A DNA stretch of 20,000 nucleotides from an uncultured virus (IMG/VR IMGVR_UViG_3300042882_000732) (lineage: Duplodnaviria; Heunggongvirae; Uroviricota; Caudoviricetes), in IMG/VR virus record IMGVR_UViG_3300042882_000732, positions 51,394 to 71,393 of that record, one strand, 5' to 3'. The translations under genes were made by a program, and so were the position numbers. Numbering within the stretch: position 1 is the stretch's first letter; the number at the start of each line of letters is the position of its first letter. Shown piece after piece: positions 1 to 9,826 of this stretch. The notes beneath the pieces are model-generated. The model was given only the letters and a program-made list of their open reading frames with translations, was not told the DNA's origin and did no database searches.

Positions 1-459
1 TACATATAAAACATCGCCATTAGACCAAGACTCATTGCCGTCTGATATATTAGAAATTGCTCCACTAGTATCAAGATTATATATACTTCCAAAATTGACA
101 ATGAATCCATAATCTCCATCAGAAGCGTATTCTAACATTAACCCTGCATATAGCTGTTCAGATATGGTGCCATTGGCAATGTATGGGCTTACTAATGGTA
201 CGCTATATTCTGTATCATAACCTGTAAAATATACGGCTTGTCCCTTTTGTATAGAAAACCCGGTATTATTATAAACTTTAATTAAATTTTCTGATGTACC
301 AATATAGTTTAAATTATTCCACCTCAAAGATCCATCGCCAATTTTAAGTCTTCCTGTATCTATTTCAAATCCCATCTCGCCGTTTGCTAAAATAGGATTT
401 GCTGAAACCCATTGTGATTTTGTTCCTCTTCTAATTTGTACTAAATTTCCGCGAGGCAT
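1..459 (-). CDS. Virion fibre/structural protein with Mtd_N/hyaluronidase-N-like domain (runs off window)
   Basis: Not in ORF track. ATG at 459-457 overlaps the upstream stop (TAATG). Translates MPRGNLVQIRRGTKSQWVSANPILANGEMGFEIDTGRLKIGDGSLRWNNLNY, matching the IQxRRGT..W...NPxLxxGExGxExDTxxxKIGDG pattern. Confidence 0.75.
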   Translation of the reverse strand, partial: MPRGNLVQIRRGTKSQWVSANPILANGEMGFEIDTGRLKIGDGSLRWNNLNYIGTSENLIKVYNNTGFSIQKGQAVYFTGYDTEYSVPLVSPYIANGTISEQLYAGLMLEYASDGDYGFIVNFGSIYNLDTSGAISNISDGNESWSNGDVLYV

Positions 460-752
460 TATGGAGTACCTCCATTTATAGAAATAGCAGATTGTTGAGG
501 AATAAATGACTGTATATATGTTGCTAGACCACTAACTCTTGTGTGCGGTAAATCTCCAACAGTATCATTAATAGGATAGCCTGTTGGTAATTCTAAGAGA
601 GATAATGTTGGATATTGAGAAGTTATATTTATTTGTGCATTACCGTATCTATCTATTTCTACTATATTAATATCGTCTATTTTACCAGATTCTATTGTTA
701 GATTAGAATACTCTAAATCAACAGTAACAGTATAATCGTTCATGGTTGACAC
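459..752 (-). CDS. Hypothetical virion-associated protein
   Basis: 97 aa, overlaps both neighbours in the structural operon; ends in INGGTP. Confidence 0.55.
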   Translation of the reverse strand: MSTMNDYTVTVDLEYSNLTIESGKIDDINIVEIDRYGNAQINITSQYPTLSLLELPTGYPINDTVGDLPHTRVSGLATYIQSFIPQQSAISINGGTP

Positions 753-1144
753 TCCAACAATGAAGAAGAAGTGCTGAATCTTTTTACAATAATTATTGTT
801 CCATATAATAATCTAATAATCTCATTACCACCACCAGAATACATTTCATTAGGACTTTCTAATTCTAAATCATATTTAGCATTTTCAAATAAAAATCCAT
901 TTGTTGTTACTGCTGGTATTTGTAATAAAATTCGTCCTTGAACACCAGATATTTGAAATTTATATATACTATGATCTAAATTATTAGTATTAAATGTTTG
1001 TGTTACTCCCTCATCTGTGGTCCATGTTAATCTGGCGCACCAACCAGTAATATTAATTGGATTATCATCGTTATCTTTATATGTTAAAGATAATTTATAA
1101 GATGCTCCTTGTTCAATAGAAAAGTCATATTTTGATGCTGGCAT
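740..1144 (-). CDS. Putative virion structural protein (BppU-N-like beta-sandwich)
   Basis: YDFSIEQGA...PINITGW.AR...YDLELESP...RLLYG pattern seen in phage baseplate/adaptor Ig-like proteins; context. Confidence 0.55.
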   Translation of the reverse strand: MPASKYDFSIEQGASYKLSLTYKDNDDNPINITGWCARLTWTTDEGVTQTFNTNNLDHSIYKFQISGVQGRILLQIPAVTTNGFLFENAKYDLELESPNEMYSGGGNEIIRLLYGTIIIVKRFSTSSSLLECQP

Positions 1145-1162
1145 ATTTTGACCTTTAAAATA

Positions 1163-1678
1163 TTATGAATATAGATTTCTGCCTCTGTCATTAGTATACG
1201 GTAACATCTCAGGATCAAATCTATTACCAACAAAAGGACTGAGTATAGCGGCGATGGCTGTGGCATTTTGCACATCCCAATGTTCTGCTAAATCAGAATA
1301 TAGTTTACACGGACCATGATCTATAATAGACTGCCATCCTGCCAAACTACCGGCAACAGATAGTTGTGCTGGGCCTAGGGCAGCCCTTATGCCTTCTAAA
1401 GAAGCCTTGGTTCTGAAATTACTTTGATCTAGTATGCATGCTGTTTTTAATCCAACTAAACTAACAAATATACTATCGTTATATATAGTAGGATCTGGAG
1501 TTATTTCTGGTTTAACAACATTAACTTCATATGATCTGTCAAGAACAACTTCGAATTGAACATATTTAGCTGCTACTGCTATGGTCTGATATAATCTTTG
1601 ATCACTATAAGAATACGGCTGATTAATATCATTAATTAATATTCTTACTATTGATACTATTTCTTTTTGCCATGACAT
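1163..1678 (-). CDS. Putative head-tail connector/adaptor
   Basis: First gene after MCP; N-terminal VRILIND...YSDQRL resembles gp6/gp15-like adaptors; RBS GGAG at 1690-1687. Confidence 0.55.
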   Translation of the reverse strand: MSWQKEIVSIVRILINDINQPYSYSDQRLYQTIAVAAKYVQFEVVLDRSYEVNVVKPEITPDPTIYNDSIFVSLVGLKTACILDQSNFRTKASLEGIRAALGPAQLSVAGSLAGWQSIIDHGPCKLYSDLAEHWDVQNATAIAAILSPFVGNRFDPEMLPYTNDRGRNLYS

Positions 1679-1700
1679 TATGAAGTCTCCAAGAGTGGTG

Positions 1701-1719
1701 GACTATATTATTTTACACC
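1701..1719 (-). promoter_or_regulatory. Candidate late promoter GGTGTA-N7-ATAGTC
   Basis: Minus strand GGTGTAAAATAATATAGTC just past the MCP terminator; related motifs at 7080, 12466, 18754. Confidence 0.45.
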
Positions 1720-1730
1720 TTATATATAAC

Positions 1731-1754
1731 AAAAAAGGCTGGCAAAAGCCAGCC
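1731..1754 (-). terminator. Rho-independent terminator after MCP
   Basis: Minus strand GGCTGGC-TTTT-GCCAGCC followed by TTTTTT. Confidence 0.85.
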
Positions 1755-1786
1755 CAGTTTGTCATATAGAAATATGATTGTTTATA

Positions 1787-2809
1787 TTAGAGTGAGCCAA
1801 GAAGCACTCTACGATTGTCTAGAACTGCGAAGCCCTGTTCAGCCCATCCGTAGAATCCGGCTCTCTTTTGACGATGTAGTGTATTATCTTCAAAAATTTG
1901 AACCTCTTCACGAACTGGCATTACAAAACTGTCTCTCTTGCGTAGATCAAGACCAACAACAACTTCAACGTCGGTGTTTGGTGATGACTGTGGCATAGAG
2001 CCACCGAGAGTACTTGTGTAATACAACTGATACTCTTGGCCTTCTCCTAGCTCGTCGATATCATGTAGATTGATACCGAATACGCGATTCAAAGAACCAT
2101 CAGCAGCAGTGTAGATTTCGCGTCTGGTTGTTTCATCAACTTGATCAACACCCCAGTTACGAATATCTTCCATAGCCTCTGGACTGACATAAAGATCAGT
2201 TAGTTGGCCACGGTTATTACTAGCAGAGTTACCTCCGCCGTTTCTACGCATTACTGTTTTCATCAAACTTACCAATCTCTTGGTAAATTGACCAACAGCA
2301 GCATCGCTGTCGAATACAACAATATTACGATCATAGCCAGCAGCAAGAATGGTGTGCCAACCATCATCATTCATCTTCTTAACAAATTGAGCTTCTAAAA
2401 CTTCCATTGCACGACCAACGACATCCCAACGGGCATCGCGGGCATACTTTAGAAGATAGTCGATACTAGCTCCAATGTCATAGGTTGGAACCATGACGTA
2501 GTCGCTCTCAACATGACGCTCTGGAATATATCCATGATTAGGAATTGTATAAGCAACAAAGTCCTTTTCGGTGCCAGGAGCAAGAAAATCTAAGGGGAAC
2601 TCTGGGGTAGCACTTTGAGCCAAACGAATTGGTTCAAAGATACCGCTCAGAATATCGCCACTAAGAACGCCCTGCCTTAGAGGTAATTCTAGAGCTTTAG
2701 CAAACTCTCTGTTTGCACTTAGAGATACTTCTGCATTTAGTGAGCCAGAACGAACAAGCAGATCTGTTAATTCTGGAGTCGGTTGAAAAACCTGTGTGTC
2801 TCTAGCCAT
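1787..2809 (-). CDS. Major capsid protein (probably HK97 fold)
   Basis: 340 aa after portal, protease/scaffold and decoration genes; RBS GGGAG; followed by a terminator. Confidence 0.85.
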   Translation of the reverse strand: MARDTQVFQPTPELTDLLVRSGSLNAEVSLSANREFAKALELPLRQGVLSGDILSGIFEPIRLAQSATPEFPLDFLAPGTEKDFVAYTIPNHGYIPERHVESDYVMVPTYDIGASIDYLLKYARDARWDVVGRAMEVLEAQFVKKMNDDGWHTILAAGYDRNIVVFDSDAAVGQFTKRLVSLMKTVMRRNGGGNSASNNRGQLTDLYVSPEAMEDIRNWGVDQVDETTRREIYTAADGSLNRVFGINLHDIDELGEGQEYQLYYTSTLGGSMPQSSPNTDVEVVVGLDLRKRDSFVMPVREEVQIFEDNTLHRQKRAGFYGWAEQGFAVLDNRRVLLGSL

Positions 2810-2843
2810 TTTTAGTTCTCCCTTGATTTATTGATTAATTTAA

Positions 2844-3299
2844 TCAGACAATGTTTACTGAAACTTTTGCATAGCCGTCAGCATCTTTACTGCTGAGGAA
2901 TTGACCAATCTTAGCAGCACTACTGGCACTTGATGTGCCAATTAAACCACTAACACCTACATAAGCAGCATCTCCAGCGGCTGGACTAATTCCAGCGACT
3001 AGCATGTTTGTTACAACTTCTCCTTGACGCAAAAGTGTAACTTTGCCACCAACCTGAACCTCATCTTTGTACCAATTGATATGTTGTCTTGTGAGATCAA
3101 GATCAACAACATCATTTAGTAAAACGCCAACTGGTTTGCCAGTGACGGCTGATGCATATTCTACGACAGCGCCTGCATCGTCCATAGAAGCTCCGGCTCC
3201 GCTTGTTTTAACACAAGCAATGCCGCCTCTAAACTCTTTTGCTGTCATGAAGAAAGAAACGTTTGTTAAAAGTTCTACGCGATCTGGTTTTAGAGCCAT
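2844..3299 (-). CDS. Head decoration/cement protein
   Basis: 151 aa, Gly/Ala/Val-rich, between scaffold and MCP. Confidence 0.65.
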   Translation of the reverse strand: MALKPDRVELLTNVSFFMTAKEFRGGIACVKTSGAGASMDDAGAVVEYASAVTGKPVGVLLNDVVDLDLTRQHINWYKDEVQVGGKVTLLRQGEVVTNMLVAGISPAAGDAAYVGVSGLIGTSSASSAAKIGQFLSSKDADGYAKVSVNIV

Positions 3300-3301
3300 T
3301 T

Positions 3302-4822
3302 TTATTCTCCCTTATTGAGTGTTTTGCCTAATCTGCTACAAACAAAATCTACTAAAGCAGCTCTGGTATTGGAAACTTCTGTTTCAGGTTCGCCTCCAAC
3401 TCCGAGTTCTACTGTCTGTTCTGGTTCTGCTGTTTCAAGAACAGATTCATCAGCAATTTCTTCTGATGCTTTCTTCTTTTCTACAACTTCTGGCTTAGCT
3501 TCTTTTTTCATAGCAGAAACTAGAAGAGTTTTGATGCCTTCAAAAGAAGAATCATCAAGATGCTCAAACTGATCTACTGTAGCAATGACTGTATCATTAT
3601 TAAGACCAGTTTCAAGAAGATCTGCTACTCTTTTCATTTTCTTTTCTTTTTTAGCCATTTCTTCTTCTTTCATTTTATATCCAGCGATTACTTCATTAGC
3701 AGCTTCAAGTTCGCTTTTGACTTTTTTCATTTCTTCTTCTTTGGTCATTTCTTCTTCTGTTTTTTTCTTGGCTGCTTCTTCTTTCTCAATAACAGCAGCT
3801 TCTAAAGCAGCGGTTAGCTCAGCGATTTTATCTTCATGAGCTTTAATAGCAGTTTCTAAAATATTGGTTTGTTCTTTTAGCTCTGAAGCCTGAGCATAAG
3901 CATCTTTTACGGCATCTGAGCAATTGTTCATAGCCTCTAGTTTTGTTTTCATATCAGCTATTTCTTGTTCTACGCTCATAGTGACATTCTCCATTTGTGC
4001 TGTTGACGTAATTGTAGATACACCTGATAATATTAAATCGTCTTTTTTTTCTGTCAAATTAACTAAATTTTGATTATCTTTATCGTTTAATAAAATGTCT
4101 TTGGTAAATATAACACTATCTGGATTAGCTGGTCTATCAACAAAGCCTTTGCCAGAAAAGGTTACATTTCTTAAAACTCTACCAACTTTGTATCCATCAT
4201 GTTCTCCTATTCCACCATAAGCCCTAAGGTGTTTGGTCAAAAATGCAGTGTCATTATTCCTGGCTAAAACTTTAAATTCTCCAGTATCTTTATTTTGTAA
4301 TCCATAATCAAAACCCTTAAAATAGCATTCCATACTAACGTATTTTGTTCCATTTTCTATTTCAGATATTAATTTTTCTGATCTTCCTTTTAACTCAGGA
4401 TTAGTAAATGCTCTATAAATAACAGATCCAGTTAATATGTGATATTTATTTGGAAGATTTTCTATTGGAGTATTATCATTTATTAATATTCCGTCATCCG
4501 TAATAGGCCAATTTGATGTTATGTGCCCTATTATAAGAGCTTCGTCATGTTCTAAATTTGTTGGCTTATCTTCTGGAGTGTGTCTAGCTAGCCATATTTC
4601 TGATTTATCAAATATATCGTCATTTTTATTCCAGCTAGAAGTTACTAAGATAGATTGAACATAATATAAGTCATTATCACTTAAAGAAGCTAAAGATTTG
4701 ATATTTTTAATATTATGATTATTAGATTCTGATGGTTCTACATGACAAGCATAACTAATAGATGCTTGCGATTTGATGCGTTCTTCTAAGCCATCTTGAA
4801 TTTCTTGTTCAAAAACTAGCAT
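3302..4822 (-). CDS. Prohead protease-scaffold fusion
   Basis: Globular N-terminal half (NKNDD.F, NLEHD, VSMEC, FSGKGFVDRPANP) plus E/K-rich coiled-coil C-terminus; between portal and capsid genes. Confidence 0.7.
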   Translation of the reverse strand: MLVFEQEIQDGLEERIKSQASISYACHVEPSESNNHNIKNIKSLASLSDNDLYYVQSILVTSSWNKNDDIFDKSEIWLARHTPEDKPTNLEHDEALIIGHITSNWPITDDGILINDNTPIENLPNKYHILTGSVIYRAFTNPELKGRSEKLISEIENGTKYVSMECYFKGFDYGLQNKDTGEFKVLARNNDTAFLTKHLRAYGGIGEHDGYKVGRVLRNVTFSGKGFVDRPANPDSVIFTKDILLNDKDNQNLVNLTEKKDDLILSGVSTITSTAQMENVTMSVEQEIADMKTKLEAMNNCSDAVKDAYAQASELKEQTNILETAIKAHEDKIAELTAALEAAVIEKEEAAKKKTEEEMTKEEEMKKVKSELEAANEVIAGYKMKEEEMAKKEKKMKRVADLLETGLNNDTVIATVDQFEHLDDSSFEGIKTLLVSAMKKEAKPEVVEKKKASEEIADESVLETAEPEQTVELGVGGEPETEVSNTRAALVDFVCSRLGKTLNKGE

Positions 4823-4838
4823 AATTTAACCCTCGTTT

Positions 4839-7025
4839 TTAGTTAGTTGTATATATAAAAGAATAAAATGATGACTTTGCATATTTTTGTTCTTCAACAG
4901 TTAATTGCTTATCAAGCTGAGAAGATAATGACTTTAACCAATTATTATACCCCGTAATGATGTTTTTATTGTCTTCTTGATTAATATTACCAAATATTTT
5001 ATGTATTAAATCATTTGATATATTGTCAAAAGGATTCATGGAAAAAAAGATTTTATTTTTAACCTGATCTAATTCTTTATTTTGTTCGTTTGATAGACTT
5101 CTTAAATTTTTCTTATTAAAAAACTCTAACATAATAGGATTAATAATTTCATTAATTTTATCTTGGGCATCATTAGCCCAAATCAATAAGCTGGCTCCTG
5201 TTTGAGGAGAGAATACTTTGGTTTTCCTTTTTTCTTGATCTCTACTATTTTTTGGTCTACCTTGTCCTGGTTGTCCTGGTAATTGTTCATTAATATTTGG
5301 TTTAGGAGATTTAATTGGTGATGAAGGTATTTTTGACTCAAGAGCAGACTTTTCTCCTGGTTTTTTCTTATCTAATTCTAGACCGACCTGACTTGGTGTT
5401 ACTATTCCTGTTTGTAGAGCAATTTTTCTCAAAGAATTGTCAAGCTCTGGATCAAACCACGGCCCTGCTTTTTGTACCATTCTATCACTATCTCTTTCTC
5501 TGCTTTCTCTATTTAGTCTAGTTTTTTCTATGTCTGGATCAAAACCAAATCTGCTTTGTAATAATTCATCACTTATTAGATTTCTATCAGCTAATTGAAT
5601 GAGTAGTGCTTTCTCAGTATCCTCATTGCTTAGGTCCATTCTATCAAATTCAATTTTAGCTGGATATCTAAATCCCATAGCTTTTTGAACTAATGCTATC
5701 TCTTTTTCCCAAAAATCTATAAGAACATCTCTACCATACTGTAATCTTTGGGTTAATGTTTTTAAAGAAATAAAATTATTGGTAGTTCCTGCTGCTCCAA
5801 AAGTACCTGTAAGAGTTGGAGGAATACCAAGTCCAGCGTATATACTATTTAAATGTGGTATATATTTACTTTCTCCAAGAAAATTATGAACATTGGTGTT
5901 GCTCTCTAATAATTCTATATCTGGCCCCCAAACTAAATCCATTGTGCCTCCACCAACATTATTTCCTAAAATCTGAGCAAGCTTAGCTGTTGCTGCTTTA
6001 GTAGGGGCTATCTTATGCTCTAGACTGCCCAATTTAAAAATACGTATATTTGATATGGCTCCGTCTAAAGCTGCCATATCTGCTAATTTAAGTTTTTCAA
6101 CTACTGTGATATCATCCATGATTGCATATATCATAGGAAATGCCCATATCTGCCAATCATCTTTTTTATAATGAAACACTAGTGTTTTGTTTGGGTCTAG
6201 AGGATATGGTTTTTTGGCCCTAGCAGCTTCTATGATTTGTGATGGTAAATTACTAACTACTTCTTTTTCTCCTTCTGTACGAGGATTAAGAATAATTTTT
6301 CTTAAAGTACCAGGAACAATTAAATCGTATCTTTTATTACTTACGAATGAAGATAATTGACCAGCGCTCACTTCAACAAATACTGGATCGATAAATGTAT
6401 ATTTCCAAGGTATCTCTCTTTTTTCAAATTTATCATTATCTATGTCTAATACTTCTATATCTGCAGCCGCGGTGGCTTTATACATTTTATCAGCAGCTTT
6501 AATACTAAGTTTTGCTGTTTGTCTATGTACTACTACATTTGCCGTTTTATATAGATTATTTAAAAATCTTTCACTTCTATCTTTACCTTTAATCTTTTTG
6601 AACCAAGCTCTATAAAATCTTTCTATTCTTTTGTTTTTATGAACTAATTTTATTCCTTGAACAGCAAAGTCTCCCATGAGATCTATAACATTTTTTACTA
6701 AACCAACTCTCTGATATATGTCTTCTGCTTTTCTAATGATTTCTTTACTTTTATTTGGAACTGCTTCGTCTGGCCTAAAATAATCATATGCGCTTCTGGT
6801 TAGTCCTGGGCGACTACCAGTATTTGTATCTAGTCTAGAATAATCCAATCCCCATCTTCTATAAGCTTCTGATTTTTGTATACCAGAATATTCTTCTAGA
6901 GAATGAGATGATTCTTTTAGTGCATTTTTTTTGCTTTCTAAGTCATCTCCCCATGTAACATATGCTTCTTGATTTATTAAACTGGCGTCTTGTATAGCTT
7001 CACTTTTTGGATATTTTTTGGCCAT
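4839..7025 (-). CDS. Portal protein
   Basis: 728 aa directly after TerL; helical core with Pro/Gly/Lys-rich tail (GQPGQGRP). Confidence 0.8.
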   Translation of the reverse strand: MAKKYPKSEAIQDASLINQEAYVTWGDDLESKKNALKESSHSLEEYSGIQKSEAYRRWGLDYSRLDTNTGSRPGLTRSAYDYFRPDEAVPNKSKEIIRKAEDIYQRVGLVKNVIDLMGDFAVQGIKLVHKNKRIERFYRAWFKKIKGKDRSERFLNNLYKTANVVVHRQTAKLSIKAADKMYKATAAADIEVLDIDNDKFEKREIPWKYTFIDPVFVEVSAGQLSSFVSNKRYDLIVPGTLRKIILNPRTEGEKEVVSNLPSQIIEAARAKKPYPLDPNKTLVFHYKKDDWQIWAFPMIYAIMDDITVVEKLKLADMAALDGAISNIRIFKLGSLEHKIAPTKAATAKLAQILGNNVGGGTMDLVWGPDIELLESNTNVHNFLGESKYIPHLNSIYAGLGIPPTLTGTFGAAGTTNNFISLKTLTQRLQYGRDVLIDFWEKEIALVQKAMGFRYPAKIEFDRMDLSNEDTEKALLIQLADRNLISDELLQSRFGFDPDIEKTRLNRESRERDSDRMVQKAGPWFDPELDNSLRKIALQTGIVTPSQVGLELDKKKPGEKSALESKIPSSPIKSPKPNINEQLPGQPGQGRPKNSRDQEKRKTKVFSPQTGASLLIWANDAQDKINEIINPIMLEFFNKKNLRSLSNEQNKELDQVKNKIFFSMNPFDNISNDLIHKIFGNINQEDNKNIITGYNNWLKSLSSQLDKQLTVEEQKYAKSSFYSFIYTTN

Positions 7026-7039
7026 AATTTTTTAATTAT

Positions 7040-7080
7040 ATTGTAATAGGATTGTAATAGAATTGATAAATTTATACACC
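7040..7080 (-). promoter_or_regulatory. Candidate late promoter GGTGTATAAA plus tandem 10-bp repeat
   Basis: tttatacacc at 7071-7080; ATTGTAATAG at 7040-7049 and 7051-7060. Confidence 0.45.
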
Positions 7081-9117
7081 CTAGCGGTATATTCCTTTAT
7101 ATATATCATCATTAACTTCAGAAGTAAACCAATCTGGCCCTTTATACATTTGACCATTAACATTAGATGTTAAATTTTTCATATTAGCTCCAATAACTTC
7201 ATATTCTATCGGTTTAAGACTATTTGTCATTTGTCGAGCCATCATATTAGCTATCACTAATGCGCTATAACGGTCTTTTCGCAATCTTCCTCTTTTTCCA
7301 TTTGGCATTTTAACTTCAGGAGTATCCCATCTATCTCTAGCGTTTGCTCCTGTGCTAGTTTGTGTCATTACAATAGTTGTTAATTCATTTTTTAGTTCTT
7401 CTATTTCTAAAATACATTCACTTAAACTATCATATAATGGATTTAAATCTGTTGACATAATATCTTTGCCTTCGCTATCTAAAGCTAATCCAAGACTAAG
7501 ATTGTCGAATCTAGGAAATAAAGTTACCTTATCTTCAAAATCTTTTCTTAAACCATGGTTAGCCTGACCTGTCCAATCAGCCTTAGCAAATTGAACTAGC
7601 TCTAGTATATGTAATCCTTGCTGATCATCGGTATCTTTTATTTTACTATTGTCTATAAAAGGCCATATTGGCAATTCATCAGCTTCAATTTTTGATGGGT
7701 CGTGCAAAGCTTCTTCTATCGCAACTCCGCCGCCCTGAGCATCCATCCCTATCCTAGCACATGGAAATGTTTTCATGAGATTCCTTATTTTTCTCGCACA
7801 AAATCCGTAAAAATCATGTTCATTAATAGTGCCGGCTTTTTGTCGTTCTTTAAAATTTGCTCTATTAGTTGTCCATACATAAACTATACGTCGATGGTTT
7901 GGATGTATTTCTAAAACAACAATACTAAAATTATCTTGTTCGGATGCTGGGTCTATACCATAAACATATTGTAGATTTGCATTGCCTGTGGTTGTTGGTT
8001 CGAATAAAATGGGTTTATCGTCTATTAGTAGAGGTTTAGTATCTGAAACAACACAAGCTTCTATAAGGCTTCTGCGAAAGAATCCGTCGCTGTCTTCTGT
8101 AAAACAAGCAGCATATTCCATATTATATATACCGGTATGTATAGTAGCTTTAGCTCTACTTACCTGTTTGTCATCCATGAAACCTTTTGGAATTAATTCA
8201 TATGGTATTCTAATAATACTATAGTCTTTCCAATTAAAATTAGAGGGAACTTCTCCTTTAAAAATTTCTTGTAATTTTTGAGTGTCTCCTCTACTACTTA
8301 TAATTTCTTTATATCTTCTCCAGTATACAGCAAAATGTTTAAAAGAATAATCAGCGGTACCAGAGATAATTGCTTGATTACCCATTTTTATACTAAGTTC
8401 TTCTAATTTTTCGTTCCAAACTCCGGACTCTATCATTGCTTGTTTTTTTGCTTCTTCTTTAACGTTTTGTATAGGGTTTGCGGATACTGCTGCGAATCCA
8501 GACACAACTGTTTCATATATGTCAGGAGATATGGATGCAAACTCGTCAGCTATGATTATGTGTGCTCTTAAGCCTCTAATCTTGGAACCGTCACCCATTG
8601 GTATAGCAACTGTCCAGCTATCTCCTAATCTCATTGTGCATCTATCAACGTCTCGTCTTGGCCCATCGTCATTACCATTATATATGCTTCTTAATATTGC
8701 GCTATTTTTCCAAATAGTTTCCATATATTCGAATATGATTTTACTTTGACGAAATGCTGCGCCAACAACAACAATTTTTGTACCAGGAATAAAGACGCAT
8801 TTTAATATACAATATAAAGCCATTAAAAAAGATTTACCAAATCCACGACTAGCTATGAACATGGGGAATGGTCTTATCCAAAATTCTTGTAATATTGCAA
8901 CTTGTATGGGGTGAAGCTCTATTCCAAATAATAGCTTTACTGTACTACCAAGATACTTGGGATCTTTTATAATTCTCATAAGATGCAAATCTGGATTTTC
9001 AATATCCTCTTTGCTTCTGTTGATCATAAGATTATGATCGATATTAATTAATGATAGATCTCCTAGGCCAAGCCAGGCATCATCAAAAAATTGGCTTGTC
9101 TTTTCTTTCGACTTCAT
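7081..9117 (-). CDS. terL: Terminase large subunit
   Basis: Walker A ASRGFGKS, Walker B IIIADE, RNase H-like YVYGIDPA and KDRYSA. Confidence 0.93.
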   Translation of the reverse strand: MKSKEKTSQFFDDAWLGLGDLSLINIDHNLMINRSKEDIENPDLHLMRIIKDPKYLGSTVKLLFGIELHPIQVAILQEFWIRPFPMFIASRGFGKSFLMALYCILKCVFIPGTKIVVVGAAFRQSKIIFEYMETIWKNSAILRSIYNGNDDGPRRDVDRCTMRLGDSWTVAIPMGDGSKIRGLRAHIIIADEFASISPDIYETVVSGFAAVSANPIQNVKEEAKKQAMIESGVWNEKLEELSIKMGNQAIISGTADYSFKHFAVYWRRYKEIISSRGDTQKLQEIFKGEVPSNFNWKDYSIIRIPYELIPKGFMDDKQVSRAKATIHTGIYNMEYAACFTEDSDGFFRRSLIEACVVSDTKPLLIDDKPILFEPTTTGNANLQYVYGIDPASEQDNFSIVVLEIHPNHRRIVYVWTTNRANFKERQKAGTINEHDFYGFCARKIRNLMKTFPCARIGMDAQGGGVAIEEALHDPSKIEADELPIWPFIDNSKIKDTDDQQGLHILELVQFAKADWTGQANHGLRKDFEDKVTLFPRFDNLSLGLALDSEGKDIMSTDLNPLYDSLSECILEIEELKNELTTIVMTQTSTGANARDRWDTPEVKMPNGKRGRLRKDRYSALVIANMMARQMTNSLKPIEYEVIGANMKNLTSNVNGQMYKGPDWFTSEVNDDIYKGIYR

Positions 9118-9562
9118 ATATTTTTCTCATGAGAGCTTCTGCTATTTTTTCTGCATTATTGGCAGATCCACAAAATAATATTCTTATACCAAAATATATT
9201 TGAAATTCGTTAATATTTTTAATAATAAATGCTGGAGATATTTTTAATTTTTCCCAAACATGTCTAGGAACATTAGATCCAACTGGAAAATTATATATAT
9301 CCTCCAAATTAAATTCAAATAACATAAAAGGATATTTGTATTCTTTCATTCTATTAAGAACATCTTTAAATCTTTTTTCAGTAATATTGTTGGCAATTTC
9401 ACTAACGCTCTTTTTCCTCTCAATGCATAGGATATTCTCTAATCCTTCTATGCTATAGTCTCCAGTGTCTAGTTTTCTTGAGGCAGTAGCTTGATATTTG
9501 AACTTCCAAGGCTGTTGCTCTCTAGTATCAACTATGATTGTAAAATCAGGATAACTTGTCAT
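9083..9562 (-). CDS. ERCC4-domain (XPF/Mus81-like) nuclease
   Basis: IIVDTREQ, LDTGDYS and IERK motifs. Confidence 0.85.
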   Translation of the reverse strand: MTSYPDFTIIVDTREQQPWKFKYQATASRKLDTGDYSIEGLENILCIERKKSVSEIANNITEKRFKDVLNRMKEYKYPFMLFEFNLEDIYNFPVGSNVPRHVWEKLKISPAFIIKNINEFQIYFGIRILFCGSANNAEKIAEALMRKIYEVERKDKPIF

Positions 9563-9824
9563 TATTTTTACTCAGTATGATTCTTAAAAAGGCCACCTCG
9601 TATTGCTCTTCCATCCCTTTTATTGTATTGTGATGATCTCTGCACAAAGTTATTCCATTTGAGGTAACGAATCGTAAATTAGGATAATCGCTCCATTTTT
9701 TGATATGATGAGCATTTAATTTTTTATTACTAGAGCACCCTGGCCACTGACAAGTGAATTTGTCTCTTTTATAAATATCAGATCTCCACTTTTTATATAA
9801 AGGATCATCAAAATTTCTAAGCAT
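9546..9824 (-). CDS. HNH endonuclease, packaging-associated type
   Basis: RDKFTCQWPGC...AHHI...NGITLCRDHH; 92 aa, near terL. Confidence 0.88.
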   Translation of the reverse strand: MLRNFDDPLYKKWRSDIYKRDKFTCQWPGCSSNKKLNAHHIKKWSDYPNLRFVTSNGITLCRDHHNTIKGMEEQYEVAFLRIILSKNNDKLS

Positions 9825-9826
9825 AA

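Noticed and set aside
1..459. Diversity-generating retroelement suggested by the Mtd_N-like domain
   Set aside because: The domain is common in fibre proteins; no reverse transcriptase or TR/VR pair is visible.
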